DNA of 36,931 nt from a virus (IMGVR_UViG_3300037071_003200:64001-100931), one strand, 5' to 3'; counted from the first letter of the stretch, positions 15,495 to 24,369 are shown. Made by a program: numbers and translations. The notes: generated from the sequence alone by a model not told the origin.

Positions 15495-17257
15495 CAGGCC
15501 GCCAGCAGCGACTCGACGACGGCCTGGCCGAGCATCGTTGCGACCGGGCTCGAGACCGCGTTCCCGATCATCTTCACGCGCAGCTCGTTCGACAACTCCA
15601 CGAACTGGCCGCGCTTGTTCTTGCGCTTCGCCTTCAGCTGGTACGGCGAACCGTCCGGCTTGACGTGCATCTGCTGGGCGGCCAGCAGCTCCGGCCACTG
15701 CAGCATCCGGAAGAGGCAGTCGTCGATCTCTTCCTCGGAGATGACCAGCGCCTCGCGGTCCTTGCTCGTGATCGCCCCCATCGGGACGTCGGTCGTCTTC
15801 CCTTTCCCGTTGCCGTAGTAGGGGACGAGGAGCGACTGCTTGTCTCGTCCGGTGATCGTCCCGGCTGCGTCTTCCAGCGACCGGACGAATCCCGGCTCGC
15901 CGTTGTAGACCAGGACACCGTGGTGGTAGCCACCCGCCGTGACCGTGTGCGCGGGGAGCTCGACCGGCGCCATGTCTCCGTGATTGCGGAAGCTGACCAG
16001 CGCCATCTCCCCGTGACCTGCCACCGTGGGCATCGGCTCCTCGAGTTGCTGAGCCCTGCGATCGCCGCCGCGGTTCACCCGCACCAGCATCTGGGTCTCC
16101 TTGCCGTTCTCGTTGCCGTTCCCGTTGGGGGGAGCGAGCAGCGAGAGCTGGCGGTCATGGGCTGTGATCGTGCCCATCGGCTGGCGCGTATCCACCGGGG
16201 CCGCGGACTGCCCCCCGCTACGAAGGATGACGCTCGTGCGTTCCTCCAGCTTCGGGACAACGACTCCCATGTACTGCGAGCCGGTGACAGTTCTGAGCGG
16301 GTCTTCGACCGACCACACGCGGGCGTACCCCGGCCTCTCGAACAGATGCCCGCCCACCTGAACGGTGACGGGGTTGCTGGTCGAGAGCCGCTTCAGCCCG
16401 GTGCGGATCCGCTCGCGGGTCTTCGCCGCCAGCGGCCGAGTTCGCGATCCGATCGTTGCCATCGGCTGCGACCAGTCGATGATCGACTTGGCCCCAACCA
16501 CCGCTGGGGCGACGTTCTGCGAGCAGTGCGGGCAGATGTAGAGGTACTGCTGCCCGTAGCGACCCCACATGAACTTGCCCGGCTCCGTGCGGAGCGAGCC
16601 TGGGGACGCCTTCTTCCACCACTGCAGCCCTCGCACCGTCGTGTCGCAATGCGAGCACCACGAGAGCGGCGCGAAGTCAAGGGCCGGGCGCTGCAGGCCC
16701 TTCCTCCAGAACACGCAGTACATCCGGTCGCGTGACTGAGGAGTCGGCAACGCGAACTGTGAGTTGAAGAAGACGATCTGGCCTTCGTAGCCGAGGCTCT
16801 CGATCTCCTCGAACCAGGCGTCGAAGGGTTCCCACAGTCGCGCCTCGATCACGTTCTCGACGATGACCGCGTCGTAGCGGTGGTGCCTGGTGAAGCGCAC
16901 CACGTCGTTCATCGTCATCCGGGAACGCTCAGCTGACTCGTCCTCGGACTTCTTGCCCCGGCAGTACGCATGGTGCACGCACTCGGGGCTCGCCCACAGG
17001 AGGGGCGTTCGTCGGAACCGGCTCGCCGGAACGATCTCGACGTCGTGCAGATCGTGGTCGGCGTCCGGGAAGTTCTCGTTGTGTGCTTGCACGGCCAGGT
17101 CCCAGTGGTTCAGGGCCTGGGTGACCTTGATCAGCTGCCGCCCACAGAGCGGGCAACAGACGAACTCAAGGCCGAGGCTTGACCCTCCGGCACCGCAGAA
17201 GAGGTCTGTCGCCTCCAGGGTGCCGACGCCCGTGCAGTACGGGCAGGTCGTGTTCAC
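15494..17257 (-). CDS. DNA cytosine-5 methyltransferase (long type)
   Basis: ATDLFCGAGG, WASPEC, IVENV, QSRDRMY, KMIGNAVS; long variable region with repeated P..T.T units. Confidence 0.9.
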   Translation of the reverse strand: MNTTCPYCTGVGTLEATDLFCGAGGSSLGLEFVCCPLCGRQLIKVTQALNHWDLAVQAHNENFPDADHDLHDVEIVPASRFRRTPLLWASPECVHHAYCRGKKSEDESAERSRMTMNDVVRFTRHHRYDAVIVENVIEARLWEPFDAWFEEIESLGYEGQIVFFNSQFALPTPQSRDRMYCVFWRKGLQRPALDFAPLSWCSHCDTTVRGLQWWKKASPGSLRTEPGKFMWGRYGQQYLYICPHCSQNVAPAVVGAKSIIDWSQPMATIGSRTRPLAAKTRERIRTGLKRLSTSNPVTVQVGGHLFERPGYARVWSVEDPLRTVTGSQYMGVVVPKLEERTSVILRSGGQSAAPVDTRQPMGTITAHDRQLSLLAPPNGNGNENGKETQMLVRVNRGGDRRAQQLEEPMPTVAGHGEMALVSFRNHGDMAPVELPAHTVTAGGYHHGVLVYNGEPGFVRSLEDAAGTITGRDKQSLLVPYYGNGKGKTTDVPMGAITSKDREALVISEEEIDDCLFRMLQWPELLAAQQMHVKPDGSPYQLKAKRKNKRGQFVELSNELRVKMIGNAVSSPVATMLGQAVVESLLAA

Positions 17258-17302
17258 AGGTGGTTCTCCTTTCTCGTAATCATGAGCTCGGTGTCGGCCG
17301 GC

Positions 17303-17725
17303 TTATGGGGTGAATACCGCCTTGAGCAGCTCGGCGATCGCCAGCTGCGAGGCCGGTGTGGAATCGAACTTCTGGGCGATCCACTCCCAGTCCTCGTCGT
17401 CGGAGCAGAAGACGACTTCGTTCTTCTGGGCGTACGCGATCATGAAGACCTTGCGATCACGGACGCCGTAGTAGGACTGTTCGACGTCGTCGTACGCGCC
17501 ATCATTGCTGCGGTGTCCTCCGCCGGGAGCGCCGACGACATGCCACACCGGCGCGATCGTGATCGAGTACCAGGTGGCATCACCCGGCATGTAGCAGAGC
17601 TCCACCGCTCGCCCCAGCTCTCGCAGGCAGGACTGCGCCTGGTCGGCCAGCTCGGCGATGTGCTCTCTGTCCAGCCGCCCGAGAACGTACTCCCGGGAGG
17701 CCGGCTCGTGACTGAGCAGACTCAT
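17303..17725 (-). CDS. Hypothetical protein, 140 aa
   Basis: From MSLLSHE; coupled. Confidence 0.65.
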   Translation of the reverse strand: MSLLSHEPASREYVLGRLDREHIAELADQAQSCLRELGRAVELCYMPGDATWYSITIAPVWHVVGAPGGGHRSNDGAYDDVEQSYYGVRDRKVFMIAYAQKNEVVFCSDDEDWEWIAQKFDSTPASQLAIAELLKAVFTP

Positions 17726-18318
17726 AGATCTACTTCCTTTCTCCGCCGTTTTGCCACTCGGCGGCCTCGGATCGTGAGGCGGTGCGCCTCCTTGCAGGCC
17801 TGGCACCGACACTCGTAGTTGATGTAGCCCGAGTAGGTGCCGTGGTGCGGGGGTTCCTTTCCCTTGAGCTCCCTTCCTCTGTCGCGATTTGCCCGCCGAC
17901 ACTCGTCGCAGCGGCACTGGTACCTCCGGCTGCGGTAGCGGGCTACGGTTCCATGCGGAGGCTCCTCGTATCCGACGACGACTCTCAGGTCGAGCTCGTA
18001 CAGGGCCGACCGCAGGGAGCGGGCGTTCTTGTATCCGAGCTTCGAGGCCTCCTCGTTGAGGGTGGACTTCCCGGCGATGATCCTGCTGTACGCATCACGG
18101 AGAAGTTGGACACGTTCGATTGCCGCCTGGCGGCGGTACTGCTGGAGGCCGAGCGGCCCCAGGAGCTGGCCGACTCGCTGCCGAGTGAGGCCGAACTGCT
18201 CCCCGATTTGGGAGTAGCTCTGCCCCTGCTCCACATAGAGCCGGGCCATCTCCAGGGTTCGTTCGGGCACCCGCCGCTGGTAGTCCTCCAGCCAGGTTTC
18301 GGCGAGTGCGAGCGTCAT
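17722..18318 (-). CDS. HTH (sigma70 region-4-like) protein with two HGT..Y...CRC..C Zn motifs
   Basis: GQSYSQIGEQFGLTRQRVGQL; PHGTVARY...CRCDEC and HHGTYSGY...CRCQAC. Confidence 0.72.
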   Translation of the reverse strand: MTLALAETWLEDYQRRVPERTLEMARLYVEQGQSYSQIGEQFGLTRQRVGQLLGPLGLQQYRRQAAIERVQLLRDAYSRIIAGKSTLNEEASKLGYKNARSLRSALYELDLRVVVGYEEPPHGTVARYRSRRYQCRCDECRRANRDRGRELKGKEPPHHGTYSGYINYECRCQACKEAHRLTIRGRRVAKRRRKEVDL

Positions 18319-18563
18319 AGCTTCAGCTCCTCCAGGTCTGCCCTGATCTTGAAGAGGGCGTCATGCACGGCCTTGAGTCGAAACCCCAGGTCGAGCTCCA
18401 TCGGCAGCGTGCGAGAGTTCTCGTTCGCCGCGCGAAGGGCCCGCTCCGTGGCGTCGTAGGCCCCCAAGACGTCCTCCAGGATCAGGTCCCTGGTCATCTT
18501 CTTCAGGACGGAGGACAGCTCTCTGACCGCCTCCGCCGACTTCATCACTTCCTCGTTAGCCAT
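18315..18563 (-). CDS. Helical hypothetical protein, 82 aa
   Basis: From MANEEV. Confidence 0.6.
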   Translation of the reverse strand: MANEEVMKSAEAVRELSSVLKKMTRDLILEDVLGAYDATERALRAANENSRTLPMELDLGFRLKAVHDALFKIRADLEELKL

Positions 18564-18813
18564 GAGCTGGCCCCCTCCACATCCGGATGCGATCGCCCTT
18601 CTTGATGTTGGGCTCGTCGTCCGGAAGCGTGTAGTCGAGGGTGAACGTGTGCTCGATCTCGTCCCGCTCGGCGTAGATTCCATACCCGCTGCCATGCGCC
18701 ATCGGGGGACCTCCGTCCTCCTCGATGAGGTGCGACATGGCGAGGGTCAGGAACATCGTCCAGCGGTGCTCGACCTGCTCCTCGCCGCGTAGGTGTTCGA
18801 CGACGAGAGGCAT
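18556..18813 (-). CDS. Hypothetical protein, 85 aa
   Basis: TGATG coupling at 18813. Confidence 0.55.
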   Translation of the reverse strand: MPLVVEHLRGEEQVEHRWTMFLTLAMSHLIEEDGGPPMAHGSGYGIYAERDEIEHTFTLDYTLPDDEPNIKKGDRIRMWRGPAHG

Positions 18814-18995
18814 CAGAGCTGCTGCCTGTACTTCACGTTCCACGCCTTCTCGGCGAGTTTGGTGATCCGACGGATGAGCCGCTCGAGGGCGGGGTCATCC
18901 ATGTCGCCCTCGGCGAGGTTGTTGAGGCGATCGCTGGCTGCGTTACGCAGGGAAGCGACCTCCTCTTCGTTCAGTTGAACGATGATCGTCTTCAT
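18813..18995 (-). CDS. Hypothetical protein, 60 aa
   Basis: GGAGG SD; coupled. Confidence 0.65.
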   Translation of the reverse strand: MKTIIVQLNEEEVASLRNAASDRLNNLAEGDMDDPALERLIRRITKLAEKAWNVKYRQQL

Positions 18996-19408
18996 TCCTC
19001 CTCCAGTCGTCGCCCGATGGCGAATGGGTGGACGATCCAGTCACCGGGGTCCGGGACGGTGTCCAGGACTCCGGTGACGTCGTCCGTGATGAACTCCCCG
19101 TCCTGGTAGAGCTCGTAGAGAGCCGTCCCGAAGCAGGGCGGGGTCGGTGCGGCCGCGATCAGCTCGAGCACTCCGCCACGCAGGCGGTAGATGCGGAAGC
19201 GGAACGGGCCCTCGCCGCGCGGGTAGTGCTCGTCGTAGCGGCGATCGTGATTGCGCCACTGACGGATGGGGCGGCGGGGGCGGAGGAGTTGAGTCCCCCA
19301 CCCCCTCTCAACCGCTGGCGGGAGGTGCGTCTTCCGATGCCGCTGGAGGTTCGACGCACGGACCCGCATCCCACACCCGTCAGGGCATGGAACCTTCGTG
19401 ACTTTCAT
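18992..19408 (-). CDS. Hypothetical protein with N-terminal C2H2-like finger
   Basis: CPDGC...NLQRHRKTH. Confidence 0.6.
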   Translation of the reverse strand: MKVTKVPCPDGCGMRVRASNLQRHRKTHLPPAVERGWGTQLLRPRRPIRQWRNHDRRYDEHYPRGEGPFRFRIYRLRGGVLELIAAAPTPPCFGTALYELYQDGEFITDDVTGVLDTVPDPGDWIVHPFAIGRRLEEE

Positions 19409-19746
19409 CCAGGGCCCTGCCTCTCTTTCAACATCAGGTCGGTGTGAGCCTGCGTCCCGACGATCGGGATTGCCTCCGGCCTGATTTGGGTGATGACCGC
19501 CCCGGAAGTCTGGGGAGGGATGAACGTGCTCGTCACGGTGCCCACGGTGCGCAGGCCACGCCGGCGAATGTCCGCCGCCGATTTGGGCGTCGCTCCGATC
19601 CAGAACCAGCCAGGCTCCGGTGCGGGGAACGCCTTGCCGTAACAGTCTTCGACGAGATCGAGGGATGCTGGCGTCCCGTACTTCGAGAGAAGCACCTGGG
19701 CCTTCAGCATCTCGACTCCCGTCGGGCCGCGATCCTTCTTGATCAC
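19405..19746 (-). CDS. Hypothetical protein, ~113 aa
   Basis: GTG start overlapping the upstream TGA. Confidence 0.55.
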   Translation of the reverse strand: MIKKDRGPTGVEMLKAQVLLSKYGTPASLDLVEDCYGKAFPAPEPGWFWIGATPKSAADIRRRGLRTVGTVTSTFIPPQTSGAVITQIRPEAIPIVGTQAHTDLMLKERQGPG

Positions 19747-20189
19747 GGGTACCTCGGCGTCATGTTCTCGAACAGGCCTGAGCCGACCGTGTTGCGCATC
19801 TGGCGCAGGACGTAGAACCACTCACGTCCGTCCTGCGTTCGGTAGCCCACGTCGCTCGATCCTGTCTTCTCGTCCATGTACCGGAAGAGGTCCCACGGAT
19901 CGGGGTCCTTGTTCAGAAGCGAGGCAACGTGCGCCCCGTCCTCTTCCGTCCATTGCTTGTCGTCGTCCGCGTACTCCTTCCGCTCCGCGACGTCCGCACA
20001 GTAGTTCTGGATCGCGCGGATGTTCTCGAAGCGGGAGTATGTCGCCGTTGTCACAGGTACGTCTCCTTCCTCGATCCACGGGTACTTACTCGTGTCGGTC
20101 ACGAAGCCCGTGTCCTTGCGCCGCTCGCGTTCGTTCTCCACGAGCTGGCGCTGATGGTCGAAGTACTCAGCGTCCTCCTGGTAGCTCAC
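19743..20189 (-). CDS. Hypothetical acidic protein, 148 aa
   Basis: From VSYQED; GGAG SD; coupled. Confidence 0.65.
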   Translation of the reverse strand: MSYQEDAEYFDHQRQLVENERERRKDTGFVTDTSKYPWIEEGDVPVTTATYSRFENIRAIQNYCADVAERKEYADDDKQWTEEDGAHVASLLNKDPDPWDLFRYMDEKTGSSDVGYRTQDGREWFYVLRQMRNTVGSGLFENMTPRYP

Positions 20190-20425
20190 ATCTCCTCCAG
20201 GCGATCGTTGAGCGACAACATGACGGCGCACGTGGGGCACGTTGCCAGCCCACAGGAGGGACAAATCGCCTCTCCTGTATACGGCTTGCAGGTCGTGCCT
20301 CCGGCCTCGACAAAGCCGCAGTACGCCCTCTCCCCGGAGCTGTCGTTGATGTGACAGAACTCGTCACTCACGTCCAGCTCCGGCTTCTCCCGTACCTCCG
20401 GGAGTACCTCCCCGATCTCCGTCAT
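20186..20425 (-). CDS. Cys-rich Zn-binding protein, 79 aa
   Basis: CPSC...CPTC. Confidence 0.6.
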   Translation of the reverse strand: MTEIGEVLPEVREKPELDVSDEFCHINDSSGERAYCGFVEAGGTTCKPYTGEAICPSCGLATCPTCAVMLSLNDRLEEM

Positions 20426-20589
20426 CGCTTCGACCCGTAGACGGCTGCGACCATGCCGTGGAGCTGGCATCGTCCCTTGCCGTCGGGATGGACGTCGATG
20501 ATTTGCCCACACTCTGGGCAGCGGCCGGGGAGCGGGTCCCAGAAGCCGTCTGGCTCCGGGGGTGGAACAGGCAGCAGAGGTTCGGACAC
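20422..20589 (-). CDS. Small Zn-finger protein, 55 aa (VSEPLLPVPPP...CPECG...C..H)
   Basis: Not in the ORF track (short); AAGGAGG SD; ATGA-coupled. Confidence 0.6.
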   Translation of the reverse strand: MSEPLLPVPPPEPDGFWDPLPGRCPECGQIIDVHPDGKGRCQLHGMVAAVYGSKR

Positions 20590-20624
20590 CCTGCCTCCTT
20601 TCGGGTTACTTACTGGGCAGTTGT

Positions 20625-20654
20625 ATTCTACACGACGAGTATGTATATCGTCCA
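20625..20654 (-). promoter_or_regulatory. Sigma70-type promoter
   Basis: TGGACG-N18-TAGAAT followed by TGCCCAGTA and an SD. Confidence 0.6.
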
Positions 20655-20736
20655 GGCGACGATGTGGCAGACCTCCTTCGTCTCGGAGATTTGAGCCGAA
20701 CCCACGGCCCGACAGGAATAGACGCCGTCGTTCGTG

Positions 20737-20949
20737 TCACTGCTCCTCGGCGTCGATCGTTACGTCCTCGACCAGGACGCGCAGCTCACGACCGTCTACC
20801 TCGAACTGGAACGCAAGCGCCCGCCCGGTGTAGTCGGTCGTGCCTCCAGGAGGCCCGTTGTGGTCCTCTTCGATGAGCCGAGTATCCACCCCGTACGCCC
20901 GAGCAAGATGCCGCGTGACGACGAGAACGGTCTCAGCGTAATCGTCCAT
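20737..20949 (-). CDS. Hypothetical protein, 70 aa
   Basis: ATG immediately follows the upstream TAG. Confidence 0.6.
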   Translation of the reverse strand: MDDYAETVLVVTRHLARAYGVDTRLIEEDHNGPPGGTTDYTGRALAFQFEVDGRELRVLVEDVTIDAEEQ

Positions 20950-21498
20950 CTAGACCACCACGTCTTCCCAGTCGGTGACCTCTCTGTTCGTTCCGTGATG
21001 CAGGAGGACCTTCCTCTTCGCCACGTCGATCGTGATGTGGCCTTGGGAGCCCTCGTTGATCTCCCACCCTGCGTAGTGCTTCTCGAGGATGCTGTGGGCC
21101 TCGTCCTCGAGCTCACGGCGTAGGTCATAGGAGATGTCGAAGTCCTCGACAGATGGGACTGGGCTGACGTCGTCGATGTAGCCTTCGTCTCCTGACCCCG
21201 AGTATGTGATGACGATCTTCTCGAAGGCCTGGAGCTTGGAGTAGGGGATTCCTTCCTCCTCTTCCTCTTCCGGCTCTTCGGTCGAGAAGAGCGCATTCTC
21301 GATACGGTCGATCACCGGAGCGATCTGTTCGTACACCACATCGAGGTTCTCGTAGAGGTAGTTCCAGATGACTTCAGGGCCCGAGACGCCGTACTCTCCC
21401 GAGCGTCTGTCTTCCAGGATCGTCCCGACGTTCCAGATGAGGCTGGCGTACTCCTTCATGTACGCCTCCTTCTCACCTGGGGTCTGTGGGTCGTCCAC
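20950..21498 (-). CDS. DUF6878-like protein (paralog 1)
   Basis: YSGSGDEG.I...GWEINEGSQG.ITID pattern in the C-terminal half. Confidence 0.65.
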   Translation of the reverse strand: MDDPQTPGEKEAYMKEYASLIWNVGTILEDRRSGEYGVSGPEVIWNYLYENLDVVYEQIAPVIDRIENALFSTEEPEEEEEEGIPYSKLQAFEKIVITYSGSGDEGYIDDVSPVPSVEDFDISYDLRRELEDEAHSILEKHYAGWEINEGSQGHITIDVAKRKVLLHHGTNREVTDWEDVVV

Positions 21499-21511
21499 AG
21501 CTCTCCTTCCT

Positions 21512-21529
21512 CTTCTCAGGACTGAGAAG
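21512..21529. repeat. Palindrome family A copy (CTTCTCAGGACTGAGAAG)
   Basis: Immediately upstream of the SD of 20950..21498. Confidence 0.9.
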
Positions 21530-21591
21530 ATTTGAGGAACGGCTGATTCCGCTCCGTAGAGGGCGCCCGCGGGACGCCCTCCATGCAGCGA

Positions 21592-21813
21592 TCAGTCAAG
21601 TGGCGACCCGAGGACGCCGTCGTAGTCCATCTCGTCGACGGACTCCGGGAAGCGAATCTCGTTCGCCTTCGCATTGATCAGGTGGCGGCTGTTGCCGAGA
21701 GCTGCGTCCTCGGCCTCGACCTCGTCCTTCGCGTACACGAGGTACGTGCCGATGCTGTCGGTGTCACCACCGCTTCCGAGGAAGACGTCGACTTCCCACG
21801 CCTTCTTCGTCAT
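21592..21813 (-). CDS. Hypothetical protein, 73 aa
   Basis: From MTKKAW; coupled. Confidence 0.6.
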   Translation of the reverse strand: MTKKAWEVDVFLGSGGDTDSIGTYLVYAKDEVEAEDAALGNSRHLINAKANEIRFPESVDEMDYDGVLGSPLD

Positions 21814-22040
21814 GCTGCGCCTCGCCACCCTGGCCCGAGCGGCCGTACCCAAATGTCACCGCTCTCGGCGTACATGGCGTCGAACTCCTCGCGTGTGCCT
21901 GCGACGAAGCCCCCGAGCGTGCCGCCCTGCCACGCCACCCACTCCGCGTAGGCCGCATCCATCGCGGCCTCCGCGGTCGGGCAGACAGGGCCTAGCTCGG
22001 GGCCGTCATCGGTGGCCCACACGAAAGTCCAGGCGCTCAC
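21810..22040 (-). CDS. Hypothetical protein, 76 aa
   Basis: GTGA-coupled. Confidence 0.55.
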   Translation of the reverse strand: MSAWTFVWATDDGPELGPVCPTAEAAMDAAYAEWVAWQGGTLGGFVAGTREEFDAMYAESGDIWVRPLGPGWRGAA

Positions 22041-22249
22041 TTCCCACGCCAGAGCGGCTCGACACGAACGACGAAGCCGTCCGTGCCGGGCACATCGAGT
22101 CTGAAGTCCACAGTGGAGTTCATCCCTATGTGGCCTGGCGAAATGGCGACCAGCCCCGTGGTGGCATCGTTGAAGATGCCGCCAGCGGGAGCTCGCCGGA
22201 TGAGGTCGACGATCTTCTCGCCGACCACCATCGCGTTCGGGCTTTCCAT
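22037..22249 (-). CDS. Hypothetical protein, 70 aa
   Basis: GGAGG SD. Confidence 0.6.
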   Translation of the reverse strand: MESPNAMVVGEKIVDLIRRAPAGGIFNDATTGLVAISPGHIGMNSTVDFRLDVPGTDGFVVRVEPLWRGK

Positions 22250-22257
22250 ACGTCCTC

Positions 22258-22839
22258 CTATGTCGTGACGTCCACGAGCTTCGGAATCCAGCCCGCCTTC
22301 GTCGGGGTTGACTCGCGCGAGACGATCCAGGTGATCGCCTGGAAGGCCCGCACGGTTTCACCGCACGCAGCCGCCGCAGCCCGGTAGGCCGCATTGAGCT
22401 CCATGCGCAGCGTTCTCGGTACCTCGCTCCGCGGCTTCGGATAGCCCGCGGCGTAGATGGCCCACCGGTCAAGGACGAGCGCGTTCACGTCGCCCATGAT
22501 CGCCCGGTAGAAGGCGTTCACCTTCGGGCCTGTCACCCGACGAACGGGGTAGCGCGTCGAACACGCTGCCTCGATCTTGGGCCCCTGTACGTTCGGGAAG
22601 CGACCACCGAGGCGCTCGCCGGCGAGTATCTCGTCCGTCCAACGAAGGGCGGTCGAGAGCTGCACGGCGGGGCTCACGATGGAGAACACGGCTACGGCGT
22701 GAGAGGGCGGGCACTCGTTGCGTGCCGCGATTTCACGAAGTTGCCGGTTCGCTTCCGGATACCAGGCCCTCCCCCGGCGACGCACACCGGGGGAGGCTGC
22801 CTCGTACAGAGAGAGGAGATTCCTCTCTGCCGAACTCAT
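22258..22839 (-). CDS. Phage protein with a putative HhH-GPD/DNA-glycosylase-like fold (DUF7178-like)
   Basis: G.AWY..A, SP.V, GPKV.AFY, LDRW, Y..AA...G.....QA.TW pattern. Confidence 0.55.
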   Translation of the reverse strand: MSSAERNLLSLYEAASPGVRRRGRAWYPEANRQLREIAARNECPPSHAVAVFSIVSPAVQLSTALRWTDEILAGERLGGRFPNVQGPKIEAACSTRYPVRRVTGPKVNAFYRAIMGDVNALVLDRWAIYAAGYPKPRSEVPRTLRMELNAAYRAAAAACGETVRAFQAITWIVSRESTPTKAGWIPKLVDVTT

Positions 22840-22863
22840 AGGTCTCCTTCCTGGTCGGGAGGG

Positions 22864-23097
22864 CTACCAGCCCCCCTTTGGCTCGAATGACCAACCCTTC
22901 AGAAGCGAGAGGGCGGTCACGATCTGATCGTGGGTGCCTCCATCCAGGATCGCGCAGACCGATGCTGCGAGGTCGTAGCCTCCCAGACGGGGATACGCGC
23001 CCACGAACTTGTCGATGGACTCCGCGAGTTGGGCCAGAGTTTGCTCGGCCCGCTCTTCGCACTCGAGGTGTCCCTCTATGGAAGCGGTATTGGCCGT
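22864..23097 (-). CDS. Hypothetical protein, ~77 aa, apparent ACG start
   Basis: AAGGAGG 5 nt before ACG; no nearby in-frame ATG/GTG/TTG. Confidence 0.5.
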   Translation of the reverse strand, partial: TANTASIEGHLECEERAEQTLAQLAESIDKFVGAYPRLGGYDLAASVCAILDGGTHDQIVTALSLLKGWSFEPKGGW

Positions 23098-23110
23098 GAC
23101 TTCCTCCTTC

Positions 23111-23422
23111 CTATGGGAACAGAACGTACGAGGCTGCTTGCAGCTCCTCGCCCAGCTCCCAGTCGTCGTGCTTGTACTTCGCAGCGTGTGCTGCGTCCTC
23201 CAGCGCTCCCCGCCAGCGCGCCCAGTCGTCCGGCCACACCGTGTGCTCCCAGGCCTTGAGCGTCTTCTCGACCGTAGCGAGCACCTTTCGCGGATCACCG
23301 CTGTTGATGGCACGAGTGAGCGCCGCCTTCTGCTTGCGGAACTCCTCGTTGGAGATGTATTCGCGCTTCGGTAGTGAGGCGCGGATCGCCTCTTGCCGCG
23401 CGAACTGTTCGCGGTAGCTCAT
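23111..23422 (-). CDS. Actinophage-type hypothetical protein, 103 aa
   Basis: KAALTRA.N...WPDDW.RW.GAL.DA pattern; ATGA-coupled. Confidence 0.7.
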   Translation of the reverse strand: MSYREQFARQEAIRASLPKREYISNEEFRKQKAALTRAINSGDPRKVLATVEKTLKAWEHTVWPDDWARWRGALEDAAHAAKYKHDDWELGEELQAASYVLFP

Positions 23423-23700
23423 ACCGCTTCCAGCATTCGGGGCGGCACGTTGTAGCCGACGCCACCGTCGATGAGTCGGACCGAGACCGACTTGGAGTTC
23501 ACCTTCTCGATCACGACTTCCTTGCCGTCGAGCTCGACACTCCTCGTGCCGACCAGGCGGCACCGCTGGTTCTTGCGGAACTTGCTCTTGAGGCGAACCC
23601 GACAGGCGTTCTGGATGGACTCGAGAGCGTCGTCGTGCTTGCCCTCCATGATTTCCAGAGGGACGCCTCCGACCTTCACCCAACTCGGGTGGATGGTCAT
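23419..23700 (-). CDS. Hypothetical protein with SH3/KOW-like C-terminus, 93 aa
   Basis: AAGGAG SD downstream of a promoter; G.EVVIEKVNSKSV.V pattern. Confidence 0.65.
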   Translation of the reverse strand: MTIHPSWVKVGGVPLEIMEGKHDDALESIQNACRVRLKSKFRKNQRCRLVGTRSVELDGKEVVIEKVNSKSVSVRLIDGGVGYNVPPRMLEAV

Positions 23701-23738
23701 GACTCTCCTTTCGTCGTTCTTCGTACTGGGCACTTCGT

Positions 23739-23768
23739 ACTCTACTTGCACGTCAAGGATTTGGTCAA
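23739..23768 (-). promoter_or_regulatory. Sigma70-type promoter
   Basis: TTGACC-N18-TAGAGT followed by TGCCCAGTA; palindrome A ends 3 bp upstream of the -35. Confidence 0.6.
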
Positions 23769-23771
23769 ACG

Positions 23772-23789
23772 CTTCTCAGGACTGAGAAG
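23772..23789. repeat. Palindrome family A copy (CTTCTCAGGACTGAGAAG)
   Basis: Supplies the stop of 23776..23943; abuts the promoter -35. Confidence 0.9.
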
Positions 23790-23943
23790 CCCGCACCACC
23801 TCCTCTCTCGCTTTCGCCTCGACACCGCGCCGATAGCTGGTGAGGTACTCGGGGTTGGTGCTCCTCTTCGGACGGCCAGCACGGCCGTCGTTGTACCCCG
23901 CCTCACGCAGCCTGCTGCGCTCCTGCGCGGTCAGCTCGCTCAT
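23776..23943 (-). CDS. Small hypothetical protein, 55 aa (MSELTAQ...ASQS*)
   Basis: Not in the ORF track; GGAGG SD, ATGA-coupled; G.NDG..G...Y...Y..G pattern. Confidence 0.6.
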   Translation of the reverse strand: MSELTAQERSRLREAGYNDGRAGRPKRSTNPEYLTSYRRGVEAKAREEVVRASQS

Positions 23944-24368
23944 GCCACCTCTTCCTTCTCGAGCTCACGCGAGAGCTTGCGCGAACGGTTCATCCAGGGC
24001 TCGGCACTGATCCGCTCCAGGTACTGAGCGGCGTGAGGAATGAAGCCGAGGTCCTCCTGGACGTGCTGTTCCCCGACCCACCGGGTGGGGATGATCTTGG
24101 GCGTGAACACGTGCAGGTTCTCGTCGCCGAACTCGTAGTGCTCGCCCTTGTCCAGGCCGCACTTGGCGCACGTCGAGAGCTCGATCGTCGGCCCGAAGTG
24201 GGCCTCGCAATCGAAGATGCCCTCGGTGTGGTGATAGAGGGCTCGATGCCGGAAGTCAGCGAAGCTGCGCTTCGAGCGATCGAACCACTGATGAATGGGC
24301 AGGTAGTCCTCGGGTTCTCCTCCCCACTTGCGTGCAGAAGAGACCGAGTGATGCCACGGATTCGCCAC
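23940..24368 (-). CDS. DUF6915-like His-rich protein
   Basis: P.HHS.SS.RKWGG..EDY..IH.WFD.SK...DFRHRAL.HH.EG...EQHV.EDLG. Confidence 0.75.
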   Translation of the reverse strand: MANPWHHSVSSARKWGGEPEDYLPIHQWFDRSKRSFADFRHRALYHHTEGIFDCEAHFGPTIELSTCAKCGLDKGEHYEFGDENLHVFTPKIIPTRWVGEQHVQEDLGFIPHAAQYLERISAEPWMNRSRKLSRELEKEEVA

Positions 24369-24369
24369 C

